A stretch of DNA of 63,723 nt, the filler included, from Octopus bimaculoides (Eukaryota): the NCBI RefSeq assembly GCF_001194135.2. It is 9 parts of 8 records of this genome, joined end to end, with 100 filler letters (N's around TTAATTAATTAA, not from the genome) between each part and the next. Parts side by side here need not be neighbours in the genome. Positions count along the whole stretch, not along the records: positions 62,430 to 63,723 come from NW_026426419.1; 8 more parts are not named here. One strand, 5' to 3'. Numbering within the stretch: position 1 is the stretch's first letter; every line of letters starts with the position of its first letter. Positions 62,872 to 63,723 of the stretch are shown here, piece by piece. The position numbers were made by a program, and so were the translations under genes. Below the pieces are notes generated by a model. It was not told where the DNA came from and ran no database searches. It saw only the letters and a program-made list of their open reading frames with translations.

Positions 62872-63723
62872 TTATGCATTTTCACTTTTCTTTTCAAAAT
62901 GATATCTGATATTCAAACAAAATTTCTTTGGAAGTAAAAGCATCTCTTCTAGTCGAACTCTTTTAGTTGATGTATATTTCAATGATCCGCTCTCAAGCTT
63001 ATTATAAAATGGTATTATCTCTAATGGATTTCCTTCTCCAGCTCCATAATTAATACTGGCGTCACAGAATATTTCTCCGTCTTGTTTTTTTCCATCCCTT
63101 TTGTACTTATAAGATCGATAGATTATATCCTTCAATTTATTCCGAGCCTCTTTGAGATCTTCATTATTCTTATCCTTTAATATCTCCTCAAAAATACTAT
63201 CAGTAAAATAAGTAAATATTTCCATATCGTCAACCTTTTCGAAAATTTTCAGGTGTTTATCTGCGGATTTGAAGGCTTCGCCAAGTAGTTTGTTAAACAG
63301 AAGAACAGTTTTGTGTTGGTAAGCCGTTTTATGTAATCGATATCGTGAATAAAACATATCATAGAAATTATCAAGAGTTTTGTCTCTGTAGCATATTTCA
63401 CCATCTATTACTTTGGACATTTTCATTATTCTTTCGTGATCAAAGGATTTTCCGATACCAAGAAAATGGGAATCTCTCGCCAGATAATCCCATTTATCAA
63501 CGTCNNNNNNNNNNNNNNNNNNNNNNNNNNNNNNNNNNNNNNNNNNNNNNNNNNNNNNNNNNNNNNNNNNNNNNNNNNNNNNNNNNNTTATGAAATCAAT
63601 TTCATTGCGATTAAGTTTCTCATGAATATCTGAGTTTTCATCAAGAAGATGCTCCAACATATCACACGATGCATTTTCATGTTTCCATTTATTATCTTCT
63701 CCTCGAGTTTCATTAATAATACC
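62872..63723 (-). CDS. SAMHD1: SAMHD1-like HD-domain dNTP triphosphohydrolase, C-terminal part (5' end lies beyond the window)
   Basis: Frame is open to the window edge (GIINETRGEDNKWKHENASCDMLEHLL...). WxHE, DVDKWDYLARD, YDMFYSRYRLHKTAYQHK, NPLEIIPFY and LLPKKF match the SAMHD1 motifs WTHE, DVDKWDYFARD, YDMFHTRNSLHRRAYQHK, NPIDHVSFY and LLPEKF. 83-N gap inside. Confidence 0.9.
   Translation of the reverse strand, partial: GIINETRGEDNKWKHENASCDMLEHLLDENSDIHEKLNRNEIDFIXXXXXXXXXXXXXXXXXXXXXXXXXXXXDVDKWDYLARDSHFLGIGKSFDHERIMKMSKVIDGEICYRDKTLDNFYDMFYSRYRLHKTAYQHKTVLLFNKLLGEAFKSADKHLKIFEKVDDMEIFTYFTDSIFEEILKDKNNEDLKEARNKLKDIIYRSYKYKRDGKKQDGEIFCDASINYGAGEGNPLEIIPFYNKLESGSLKYTSTKRVRLEEMLLLPKKFCLNIRYHFEKKSENA

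Noticed and set aside
45796-63723. Functional linkage between the orphan ORF, hairpins and SAMHD1-like gene
   Set aside because: They lie on different segments separated by synthetic spacers.

Overview
AT-rich, repeat-dense eukaryotic genomic DNA. The SINE families and the (TA)n/(CA)n/(GATA)n load look like an octopus-type cephalopod genome (inference only). The window is not one contiguous locus: eight identical 100-nt spacers (44 N + TTAATTAATTAA + 44 N) split it into nine separately assembled segments, so neighbourhood across spacers means nothing. Segment 1 (1-21487) holds a minus-strand cluster of nine tRNA-Lys(UUU)-derived sequences, three apparently intact. All eight scorable copies carry a 19-nt canonical-position intron. 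Segment 1 also has a decayed pogo/Tigger-like transposase with a C-terminal PHD-like finger, and a 970-bp foldback MITE with internal (TTAGGG)n arms. Six hammerhead-ribozyme-like motifs occur in five of the nine segments. One (42380-42438) has a complete core and well-paired stems and lies downstream of a Penelope-like (GIY-YIG) element. Probable host coding sequence is limited to an uninterrupted 795-aa orphan ORF (47356-49743, -) and the C-terminal part of an apparently intronless SAMHD1-like HD-domain dNTPase (62872-63723, -, runs off the window). The rest is Tx1/L1-like LINE fragments, tRNA-derived SINEs, MITEs, microsatellites and gaps. Most ORFs in the supplied track are artefacts of microsatellites or N runs.
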